Below, piece by piece: positions 19,639-26,730 of a stretch of DNA of 64,000 nucleotides (within the stretch, counting starts at the first letter, position 1; each line of letters starts with the position of its first letter). The notes under the pieces were generated by a model. That model was not told the origin of the DNA. It did not search any database and saw nothing but the letters and a program-made list of their open reading frames with translations. The translations under genes were made by a program, and so were the position numbers. Where the stretch lies: IMG/VR virus record IMGVR_UViG_3300027833_000012, positions 48,257-112,256 of that record, one strand, 5' to 3'. Source of the DNA: a virus. Taxonomy: Duplodnaviria; Heunggongvirae; Uroviricota; Caudoviricetes.

Positions 19639-19715
19639 TTGTGCGAAAGGGATTCGAACCCTTATTTCCAACCTTTACCTTAGTCACGCTTATCAGACGT
19701 GCTGGTTACCGCACA
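19639..19715 (-). tRNA. tRNA-like gene with GAU (Ile-type) loop, non-canonical architecture
   Basis: Acceptor UGUGCGG/UCGCACA; T arm AAGGG-UUCGAAU-CCCUU. The anticodon arm CACGU-CUGAUAA-GCGUG is almost identical to E. coli tRNA-Ile(GAU) but displaced toward the 5' end. The D-arm-equivalent sequence lies 3' of it (CCAG...UUGG pairing). Confidence 0.45.
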
Positions 19716-19785
19716 ATATTACACTTTTATATCACAAAGATACAACTAATAATTTAAATACACAAGTAATTTAAATATTATTTTG

Positions 19786-19857
19786 CGGACATGGAGAATT
19801 ACGATATCTCGACCCTTCGGTTAACAACCGAACGCTCTTCCTCTGAGCTACATGTCC
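19786..19857 (-). tRNA. tRNA-Asn (anticodon GUU), copy 1
   Basis: GGACAUG-UA-GCUC-AGAGGAA-GAGC-G-UUCGG-UUGUUAA-CCGAA...; acceptor 3' CAUGUCC; T loop variant AUCGUAA. Confidence 0.7.
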
Positions 19858-19868
19858 TAATTATTTTG

Positions 19869-19940
19869 CGGACATGGAGAATTACGATATCTCGACCCTT
19901 CGGTTAACAACCGAACGCTCTTCCTCTGAGCTACATGTCC
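19869..19940 (-). tRNA. tRNA-Asn (anticodon GUU), copy 2
   Basis: Identical to copy 1. Confidence 0.7.
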
Positions 19941-19948
19941 TAATTTAG

Positions 19949-20034
19949 TAGAAAGACTGGGACTCGAACCCAGGGACCCCTTTTGAGGGCCTACGGTTTA
20001 GCAAACCGCTGCATTACCACTCTGCCACCTTTCC
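19949..20034 (-). tRNA. tRNA-Ser (anticodon GCU), type II
   Basis: GGAAAGG acceptor; D arm GCA/UGC with GG loop; anticodon arm GCGGU-UUGCUAA-ACCGU; long variable arm; T arm CUGGG-UUCGAGU-CCCAG. Confidence 0.8.
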
Positions 20035-20039
20035 AATTG

Positions 20040-20157
20040 TGTAAGAAATAGGATTCGAACCTATGAATGATTACCTTCTCTGATAATCTCAGTATAACTA
20101 ATGTTAACATACCATTTTCAAGTACCCTGGTGCTTTCAACCACTCAGCCATTCTTAC
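20040..20157 (-). tRNA. 118-nt tRNA-like gene (Ser/Leu-type D arm) with about 30 nt of extra internal sequence
   Basis: Perfect acceptor GUAAGAA/UUCUUAC; D arm GCU-GAGUGGUUGAA-AGC; T arm AUAGG-UUCGAAU-CCUAU; no canonical anticodon arm located; contains the palindrome AUGUUAACAU. Confidence 0.4.
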
Positions 20158-20179
20158 ATATCTTTATGAATATAATGTA

Positions 20180-20464
20180 CTAATTATTTTTCTTATATTC
20201 ATCAAAAAACCAACTATAATATTTTTTTGACTCCATAAAACCATAATCAGTTATATTAACATCTTCTTGATATATATTTTCTGTATGATTACAAAATGGA
20301 CAATCTTTAACAATAATCCCATCTAAATGTGCGTCAAACCCAGAATGAAACCCCATATTAACTAAAATTTCTTTATTACACTTATTACATTCACATACAC
20401 CAATTATAGAAGCTAATGGGTCATCTTTTAGCACTTCTTTAACATTTTTAACTAACTTTTCCAT
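20180..20464 (-). CDS. Cys-rich small protein (zinc-binding?) inside the tRNA island
   Basis: 94 aa; CECNKCNK ... CPFCNH. Confidence 0.45.
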   Translation of the reverse strand: MEKLVKNVKEVLKDDPLASIIGVCECNKCNKEILVNMGFHSGFDAHLDGIIVKDCPFCNHTENIYQEDVNITDYGFMESKKYYSWFFDEYKKNN

Positions 20465-20490
20465 ATTACAAAATTTTTACATTACTATGG

Positions 20491-20577
20491 TAGAGAGAAT
20501 GGGACTCGAACCCACACAGCGAATGAACGCTGAACAACTTTCCAAGCTGCTGCAATACCAATTATGCTTACCTCTCT
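20491..20577 (-). tRNA. tRNA-Ser (anticodon GGA), type II
   Basis: Acceptor AGAGAGG/UCUCUCU; anticodon arm GCAGC-UUGGAAA-GUUGU; variable arm CAGCG-UUCAUU-CGCUG; T arm GUGGG-UUCGAGU-CCCAU. Confidence 0.7.
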
Positions 20578-20696
20578 ATTTACGAGTTCTTAGTTAATAC
20601 CGAAGTATATTCTGGTGTTACTCGCCTTATATGTCACCTACTATTATTCGGTCACATACGTCACTAACCCTAAGATTAGTTGTTTATCGTACAAAA

Positions 20697-20774
20697 AGTC
20701 AAGGTAGTAGATAGAGTAATCGAAACCCATGGTGTAACCCATCCCTGGGTTTCAAGCCCAGTTTGTCACCTTGA
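20697..20774 (+). ncRNA. tRNA-like element with aberrant topology
   Basis: 7-bp GUCAAGG...CCUUGAC closing stem and T-arm-like CUGGG-UUUCAAG-CCCAG, with 7 extra nt between T arm and acceptor. Long internal hairpin GAAACCCA...UGGGUUUC. Strand uncertain. Confidence 0.25.
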
Positions 20775-20792
20775 CGGTACCTACTAATTTTG

Positions 20793-20885
20793 CGGAAGAA
20801 GTGGGATTCGAACCCACACGGCTTTTTACACCCCTTCGTTTTCAAGACGAGCACTGTTACCCAGAATCTTTCAGTTTATTCTTCC
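20793..20885 (-). tRNA. tRNA-Ser (anticodon UGA), type II with enlarged D loop
   Basis: Acceptor GGAAGAA/UUCUUCC; anticodon arm UCGU-CUUGAAA-ACGA; long variable arm; T arm GUGGG-UUCGAAU-CCCAC. Confidence 0.6.
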
Positions 20886-20898
20886 TTATTTTATTTCG

Positions 20899-20970
20899 CA
20901 CGTCATCCAAGATTCGAACTCGGAGCCTTCGGGTTGGAGCCGAAAATGTTAGCCGTTACACCAATGACGT
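20899..20970 (-). tRNA. tRNA-Trp (anticodon CCA)
   Basis: ACGUCAU-UG-GUGU-AACGGCUA-ACAU-U-UUCGG-CUCCAAC-CCGAA-GGCU-CCGAG-UUCGAAU-CUUGG-AUGACGU. Confidence 0.8.
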
Positions 20971-21049
20971 GTGTTTTAATTTTAATATGTCAATGAACTT
21001 TCTTTCATAAACCCCGACTGACTGTACAGTCGAGGTAAATATCATTATG

Positions 21050-21123
21050 TCAACCGTATGGGAATCGAACCCATGTTACTCGTTTCACAGACGAGCCACC
21101 TTTCCAATTTGGTGCAACGGAGG
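21050..21123 (-). tRNA. tRNA-His-like (anticodon GUG), imperfect acceptor
   Basis: D arm CACC/GGUG; anticodon arm CUCGU-CUGUGAA-ACGAG; T arm AUGGG-UUCGAUU-CCCAU. The acceptor CCUCCGU/ACGGUUG has two pyrimidine-pyrimidine mismatches. Confidence 0.5.
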
Positions 21124-21168
21124 GATGTTGAGTGAGGTTTTTACATTCACTTTATTTTGGGTGTTACC

Positions 21169-21241
21169 ACGGTATCGAGCCGAGTTCTTCAGATTCACAG
21201 TCTGACGCTTCACCTTAAAGCTTGAAACACCATATTTAATT
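21169..21241 (-). tRNA. second GUG-loop tRNA-like gene with degenerate T arm
   Basis: Anticodon arm UCAGA-CUGUGAA-UCUGA at canonical 27-43; acceptor 6/7; T loop CUCGAUA with a mismatched stem. Confidence 0.4.
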
Positions 21242-21765
21242 TTTTGGGAAAACTACCCATTTACTTTTCTTTTCTTTTTCGTTGATGTCTTTTAAAGTTT
21301 TATCAATTACTTGTTTTAATTTATTTTCCCATTCTTTTTGGGTTGATTTTCCTTTATTATACATCTTTAATTTTCTTCTAATTCAACAAAGATAATCATC
21401 TTACCTTTTTCTTTTTTAAATTTAAGTGGACCATTATAACCAGTTGTATCTGCTATTGTTCTGTACTTATCAACAATTAGGTCAAAATCTTTCATAAAGT
21501 TTTTAACTTTTTCACTCCCTAACTTTCTAACTAAAATTCCCATACTTATTAAAATTAAAAAACCCGAAACTATTTCTAGAATCGGGTTTTGTTTATATTA
21601 TTTATATGAATCTTACTTCATACTGTAAACATTTAGCATACCCGCTTCTCTTGAAGAATTACGTCTCCAATTACTGCTCGAAATCATATGTATGTTAATT
21701 GTTCTCATTTTACTTTTTTTATAAACACTTTTTTAGTGTTGTTATTAATATATATGACAAAGATA

Positions 21766-22197
21766 CTAAAAGTTATCTGATTTGTCAAGTTTTTTTGTAA
21801 AAACTTTTTCGTTTTGTACTAATTTTTTTATAAACGCCTCATTTTCAGCGTTTTTTAAATTACTACCATCATATTCATTTTCTAAATATTCTGTAATAGT
21901 GTTAGTTATTTCTTTTATAAGTTTAAAATTCTTAATTGATTTACTCTTGTACCATTGTGGGAAAAAAGTAGTTTTCATATCGAATAAACTTTCTGTTGAG
22001 TCAGCTTCAACTTCTTCAACTTTCATTCTAAAGTATTTTTCATCAAATCTAATTGATGCTACCATATTTTTATTATTATATTTAAATGGTATAACTTTGA
22101 ATAATTTTTTATTATCATCTAAGAATAAGTGTTTTGATGTTTTATTAACATATTCATTCATTCTTTTTGTCCAGTTTTCTAATTTTATATTTTCCAT
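21766..22197 (-). CDS. hypothetical protein
   Basis: 143 aa; the overlapping plus-strand ORF 21782..22213 is judged spurious. Confidence 0.45.
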   Translation of the reverse strand: MENIKLENWTKRMNEYVNKTSKHLFLDDNKKLFKVIPFKYNNKNMVASIRFDEKYFRMKVEEVEADSTESLFDMKTTFFPQWYKSKSIKNFKLIKEITNTITEYLENEYDGSNLKNAENEAFIKKLVQNEKVFTKKLDKSDNF

Positions 22198-22310
22198 AAT
22201 TTCTTTTTTTTAATTTATTAATTTTAAGTATAAAAGCTCAAGGCTTTAACATTGCTGTTTGGAAAATATACTTTATGGACCTCTGGTGTAAACCTAAGTG
22301 TTTTTCATAG

Positions 22311-22672
22311 TTACTGATTTTTATTAGTTAAATTATTTGTATTACCTAGTAGTGGTAATGAACTTACTAACTTTCTAGTCAATTCTGTAGGTTCAAATGC
22401 TACTGCTGTTATTTGGTCCCCTATATCGGGTTCTCTAAATACTGTATGGTTTATTCCCTTTACGTCAGCTTTTTCTATTAATTTTTCTAAGGATGCTTCA
22501 TCCTTTGCTGTTAGGAATATTAAATAATTCGATGTTGTATTCCAATCTTTAGCGTCTATCGGATTTTCTAATATGTAATCTGCGACTGCATGTCCACTTT
22601 GGACTGCTTGATATCCGATTGGAAGGTCTTTTCTTGTAACTACTGTTAACTTTTTGTTTTTAATCTAAGTCA
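22311..22672 (-). CDS. peptidyl-tRNA hydrolase, PTH2 family (not in ORF track; in-frame TAG at codon 3)
   Basis: ATG(22672-22670) ACT TAG(22666-22664), then an uninterrupted frame IKNKKLTVVTRKDLPIGYQAVQSGHAVADY...TAVAFEP matching the PTH2 core (VVRTDL, GKxAAQxxHA). The frame has no internal Met, so a Met-dependent ORF caller missed it. Confidence 0.6.
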
Positions 22673-22704
22673 TAACTTCTTAATTTATTTATTATTAATT
22701 TATC

Positions 22705-22781
22705 TGGTGCGAATAGTGGGAATCGAACCCACTACATCCGAGTTTAGAAGTCGGTACCCCAACCATTAGGGTCTTACTCGC
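22705..22781 (-). tRNA. candidate amber-suppressor tRNA (anticodon CUA) with encoded CCA
   Basis: GCGAGUA acceptor pairs UAUUCGC, then A and CCA. D arm CCC/GGG with G18G19. Anticodon stem CCGA/UCGG plus C-C closing pair and 7-nt loop UUCUAAA: U33, CUA at 34-36, A37 A38, as in supF-type loops. T arm GUGGG-UUCGAUU-CCCAC. Confidence 0.55.
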
Positions 22782-22813
22782 AGTTTTGATTAATCTTATT
22801 AGATTATCTTAAT

Positions 22814-22823
22814 ACAAAGATAC
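22814..22823 (-). promoter_or_regulatory. -7 promoter element (coding strand GTATCTTTGT, TAnnTTTG) upstream of the suppressor tRNA - Pth2 unit
   Basis: Plus-strand acaaagatac; same motif family as other intergenic promoters. Confidence 0.45.
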
Positions 22824-23007
22824 TACATATTTTTGGATTAATCAAGTTTTTTTTAAAAATAATTAAAAACTTATAATAGATTGTTATTTAACGATTTATA
22901 TTCGATTATATTATTTGTTTTTTTTTAAGTTATCCTAAGATTATCTTAATTCGTTTAAGTTAAACGTTGGGATACCATCAACTCTAATATGACCATAGAA
23001 TCTGTTG

Positions 23008-23499
23008 TTAAAATTTACGTAATTTAGCGGTATATTCTGTCCCACCTATATATTTACCAGTATCATCTTTTTTCATTAATTTATAATTCCCCCAAATATT
23101 TTTTAAATCTTCTTTAGTATATAATTTAACTCCCATTTGCTGTTTAGAATATTGAGCACCAGTTAAATCAATAAATAAATCACCAACCTTTAATATTGTA
23201 TGTACTAAATATTTTTTATCATATTTTTTCCATTCTGGGTGAGCATCATCAGTTTCAAATTTAGGGTTTAATAAATCGATTAATATCAATTGGTTATCAT
23301 CATAACCTATCTCTAGTAAATGTTTATATAACATATTAGATACAGTGTCACATTGACCTTTTGATAAATCACATGAATTAATTAAATCACTTATTTTAAC
23401 ACCAGAATTTAAATTTAACTTTGTGAAATTATTAATGTCATTTATAAGTTTATCTTTATTTAATCCTTCCCTTAATAAATTTTGTATAAATTTTTTCAT
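23008..23499 (-). CDS. leader-family protein A1 (MKKFIQNLLREGLN...), putative capsid-targeted protein
   Basis: N-terminal 14 aa identical to the next gene, also at nucleotide level. Confidence 0.5.
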   Translation of the reverse strand: MKKFIQNLLREGLNKDKLINDINNFTKLNLNSGVKISDLINSCDLSKGQCDTVSNMLYKHLLEIGYDDNQLILIDLLNPKFETDDAHPEWKKYDKKYLVHTILKVGDLFIDLTGAQYSKQQMGVKLYTKEDLKNIWGNYKLMKKDDTGKYIGGTEYTAKLRKF

Positions 23500-23526
23500 A
23501 ATATATTTTTATTAAATATCTTCATC

Positions 23527-24813
23527 TTATTCTATTAAACCTGGGTTATATGAATTTGCTAAACGTTCTAGTTCATTTGCGTATTCTGGTATTATAATTT
23601 TCATAATATTAATATCTCCTTTAGGTATTATATTATTAAGACTAGTAGAAAGTAACTGAATTGCCTTATCCTCATCACCATCCACCATATCCATCCAAAG
23701 ACTTGCATCCTTAGTGTATTTTTTACCTTTAATACTTTTTATACCTCTTAATGCTCTAATTATATGCATATATTTCGATTTATAAGATTTACCTAAAAAA
23801 CCATTTAAATTTTTATCAATTTCTTTATATATTTTAGGTGTATAAATACCCTTAGTTTCGGATACAAACATATCAATACCCATTTTTTCAATAATATATT
23901 TCAAAGTCTCATATCTACCTTCAACTAAAACATGTCTATATATATCATCATTAATATCAGTACTTCTTATTTTTTCAAGTATTTCACTATCTGAGATATC
24001 TGATAAATCTTTTTTACTAATATTATTTACTTCTTCATGATATGTATCACTCCATTGTTCTATAAATTTAGAGAACTCTATATTATATGAACCATACATA
24101 TCAATTGGTGCTTTTATTTTTTTATCAGTACATAACACACCAACTACATACCTAGAAATTGGGTCTTGTATATTCCAATCTCCATCCTCAATTAAGTAAA
24201 ATATTACATCACCATCAAGTATTGAATCTCTAATTTGACCAGCACCACCTTCACCATCGTGCTGCCCTTTACTTGTCCAATTAGAATCATCATCTTTTAA
24301 ATCTTTCATATCTCTAAGGTCTTCACAAGATGTTATCCTAGGTTTTGCTGATTTACTAGCTAAATCATGTGGATGTCTCGATACTACAACATATAAATCA
24401 CTTCCTTCATCATTTGAACGATTTAATCTATCTAAGTATGAATTATAATTTTTAAGTAATTTAAAATCTAATTTATTTAATATTTTACTAATTTTAATAT
24501 TTTGATTACTTTTATTATTTTTAGCAATATTTTTATCCATATCAACAATAGAATAATTATATTTTTTAAGCATACTTGAAATATCATTATTTAGTTTTTC
24601 AATATTTTTAACATCAAATTTAAGTTTTGGTGTCTTCCTTGTTGGAGTGATTTGTTTACCAGTCTCCAAATTATAGTATAATCTATATACATTTTTACCA
24701 AAAATATCATCTAATTTACTTTTATCCCAAGTATTCCTTAATTGTTTACTTAAATTTAATGATATACTCTCATTCAAACCTTCCCTTAATAAATTTTGTA
24801 TAAATTTTTTCAT
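23527..24813 (-). CDS. leader-family protein A2 (MKKFIQNLLREGLN...)
   Basis: 428 aa; same leader; body unrelated to A1. Confidence 0.5.
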   Translation of the reverse strand: MKKFIQNLLREGLNESISLNLSKQLRNTWDKSKLDDIFGKNVYRLYYNLETGKQITPTRKTPKLKFDVKNIEKLNNDISSMLKKYNYSIVDMDKNIAKNNKSNQNIKISKILNKLDFKLLKNYNSYLDRLNRSNDEGSDLYVVVSRHPHDLASKSAKPRITSCEDLRDMKDLKDDDSNWTSKGQHDGEGGAGQIRDSILDGDVIFYLIEDGDWNIQDPISRYVVGVLCTDKKIKAPIDMYGSYNIEFSKFIEQWSDTYHEEVNNISKKDLSDISDSEILEKIRSTDINDDIYRHVLVEGRYETLKYIIEKMGIDMFVSETKGIYTPKIYKEIDKNLNGFLGKSYKSKYMHIIRALRGIKSIKGKKYTKDASLWMDMVDGDEDKAIQLLSTSLNNIIPKGDINIMKIIIPEYANELERLANSYNPGLIE

Positions 24814-25928
24814 ATTTCCATAAATTCTGGTACATTTTCACCAGGTGGGTTGTTTTCACTAACATATTTTATTAATTCTTTAAAATAATCTTCTAATTCT
24901 CTTTGATTATCTTCTTCACCATTTATGTCTTTTATTAATTTACTTGTTAAAACACTAACTGTTTCATTGTTTAAATTATTAGTAAGTTTTAATAAATCAC
25001 TAACATCAACTCTAAAATGATAATCACGTCTACTTTCGTATTCATTCATTAAGAAAATAACATAAACATCATCTAAAGTTAATTCATTAACATTAACATC
25101 TTCCTTGACCTCATAACCACTTACGTATAAAAGTTTTAATGAATCAATAAAATCTTCATTAATTTTTTCTTTTTTTACATCATTATATAAGTAATTTTGT
25201 AAATTACTTATATTATCAACGCTAATTATTTCATCAAAACCTTCACTTTTAGAAGGTTGTTCGTATGATTTAAACATTCTATCAAAAGCTTGTGGTGGTA
25301 TTGTTTTTGATTTACCCATTCGTTTAGCTGATTCTGCTCTATTATTTGCCACTTGTTTAATTAATTCTTCAGAACCTTTAAATTTAAAATCAACAGCAAT
25401 TTTAATATAATCACCTTCATTACCTTCGATTGCTTTTAATGCTCCTTTTCTTGAACCAGAATTCATATTAGTCATATCCACTACTATCACTTTACCACTA
25501 GGGTGTGCGTCTTTAACCCTTGAATTGAATAAATTTTGAACTTTATTATTTGCATTAATTACTTTATCAAAAACAGTGTCGGCCCATGTCATCCAGCTTG
25601 GTGATTCTATAACAGTACCATATTTTTCGTCAACATCACCTATTTTAGCATCTTCTGGTGGTGTTGAAAATAAATCATCATATGTCCAATTGTAAGTTGA
25701 AGCAACTTCTTCAACAATATCATCTCTACTAATTACATATGAATTAGGGAAATTACTTTTAATCCATGTTGATTTACCTACTGATGGTGGGCCTACTAAA
25801 ACTATTATTTTTCTCTTTTTTAACCCCCCATCTACCTCTTCACGTAAAAGACTATTTTGTTTAATATATCTTTGTTCTGAAAGTATATTAGCTTTCATCA
25901 TATTTTTAAATTTATCTAATTTTCTCAT
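24810..25928 (-). CDS. polynucleotide 5'-kinase (T4 Pnk kinase-domain-like) behind a 30-aa shared leader B
   Basis: VLVGPPSVGKSTW and FPNSYVISRDDIVEE parallel T4 Pnk GCPGSGKSTW and NPGFYNINRDDYRQ; DMTNMN ~ DTNLN; no DxDGT phosphatase domain; leader MRKLDKFKNMMKANILSEQRYIKQNSLLRE. Confidence 0.7.
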   Translation of the reverse strand: MRKLDKFKNMMKANILSEQRYIKQNSLLREEVDGGLKKRKIIVLVGPPSVGKSTWIKSNFPNSYVISRDDIVEEVASTYNWTYDDLFSTPPEDAKIGDVDEKYGTVIESPSWMTWADTVFDKVINANNKVQNLFNSRVKDAHPSGKVIVVDMTNMNSGSRKGALKAIEGNEGDYIKIAVDFKFKGSEELIKQVANNRAESAKRMGKSKTIPPQAFDRMFKSYEQPSKSEGFDEIISVDNISNLQNYLYNDVKKEKINEDFIDSLKLLYVSGYEVKEDVNVNELTLDDVYVIFLMNEYESRRDYHFRVDVSDLLKLTNNLNNETVSVLTSKLIKDINGEEDNQRELEDYFKELIKYVSENNPPGENVPEFMEI

Positions 25929-26002
25929 AACTTTTTTTATCTTTTTTTCTCATTAGTATTTTTTAATATTAACATATCCATGTTATAAATAAATATCATT
26001 AA

Positions 26003-26045
26003 AAACAAAAAAAAACCATACTTAAAATATGGTTTTTTTGTTTTT
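26003..26045. terminator. hairpin plus T-run terminator
   Basis: aaccatacttaaaatatggtt flanked by A-run and T-run. Confidence 0.55.
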
Positions 26046-26052
26046 AATGATA

Positions 26053-26679
26053 TTAATCTCTTTCTGGTGGGTCCATATCTGGACCTTCTGGTAGATAATA
26101 TTCTGAGTGTTCCTCTATATGATTTTCAATAGCATTACGTATTTTACTAAGTGTTTCAGAACTAACCTTAACTTCATGAATTATTTCTTGATTATCGTCA
26201 ATTTTATAGATTTCATGTATATAAAAATACACCTCAAACTCTGGATATTCCTCTGGCTCTTCAAGGGTTGATGCTCTATGACTACCAGACCAAGAACTTT
26301 CGTCATCGATTTTAACCAAATATCTACCACCATCATAAATCCATGGGTATTTATCTTTAGATGTTACATTACCAAAAGCAAAATAATATTCACCATCTTC
26401 TTTAATATAATCTTCTAAATAAACTTTATCGTTATGTATTACATTACCTAATTCATTTTCATTAATCCTTTTTATTTTATTAAAGGTCTTATTAAATGAT
26501 TCGATAAGATTACTTCTATTAACATTTAAATCTGTAACTAATTTTTTTGATGGATTTTCATCAACATCTTTATATTCAATTTCATTATTTTCCCTTAAAA
26601 GACTATTTTGTTTAATATGTCTTTGTTCTGAAAGCATATTAGCTTTCGTAATATTTTTAAATTTATCTAATTTTCTCAT
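26053..26679 (-). CDS. leader-B family protein (MRKLDKFKNITKANMLSEQRHIKQNSLLRE...)
   Basis: First about 30 aa and about 80 nt nearly identical to 24810..25928; body unrelated. Confidence 0.5.
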   Translation of the reverse strand: MRKLDKFKNITKANMLSEQRHIKQNSLLRENNEIEYKDVDENPSKKLVTDLNVNRSNLIESFNKTFNKIKRINENELGNVIHNDKVYLEDYIKEDGEYYFAFGNVTSKDKYPWIYDGGRYLVKIDDESSWSGSHRASTLEEPEEYPEFEVYFYIHEIYKIDDNQEIIHEVKVSSETLSKIRNAIENHIEEHSEYYLPEGPDMDPPERD

Positions 26680-26730
26680 AACTTAATTTTATTATAAATA
26701 TTATTAAAATATTAAAAAAATTATAAATTT

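Larger units (their letters stand above)
19778..19943. repeat. perfect tandem direct repeat, 2 x 83 bp, each unit one tRNA-Asn gene
   Basis: ttattttgcggacatgg...catgtcctaa occurs twice with no mismatch. Confidence 0.9.

Noticed and set aside
19778-19943. Regularly spaced identical repeats that could be mistaken for a CRISPR array
   Set aside because: Only two units, no spacers, and each unit is a complete tRNA-Asn gene. It is a tandem gene duplication, not CRISPR.
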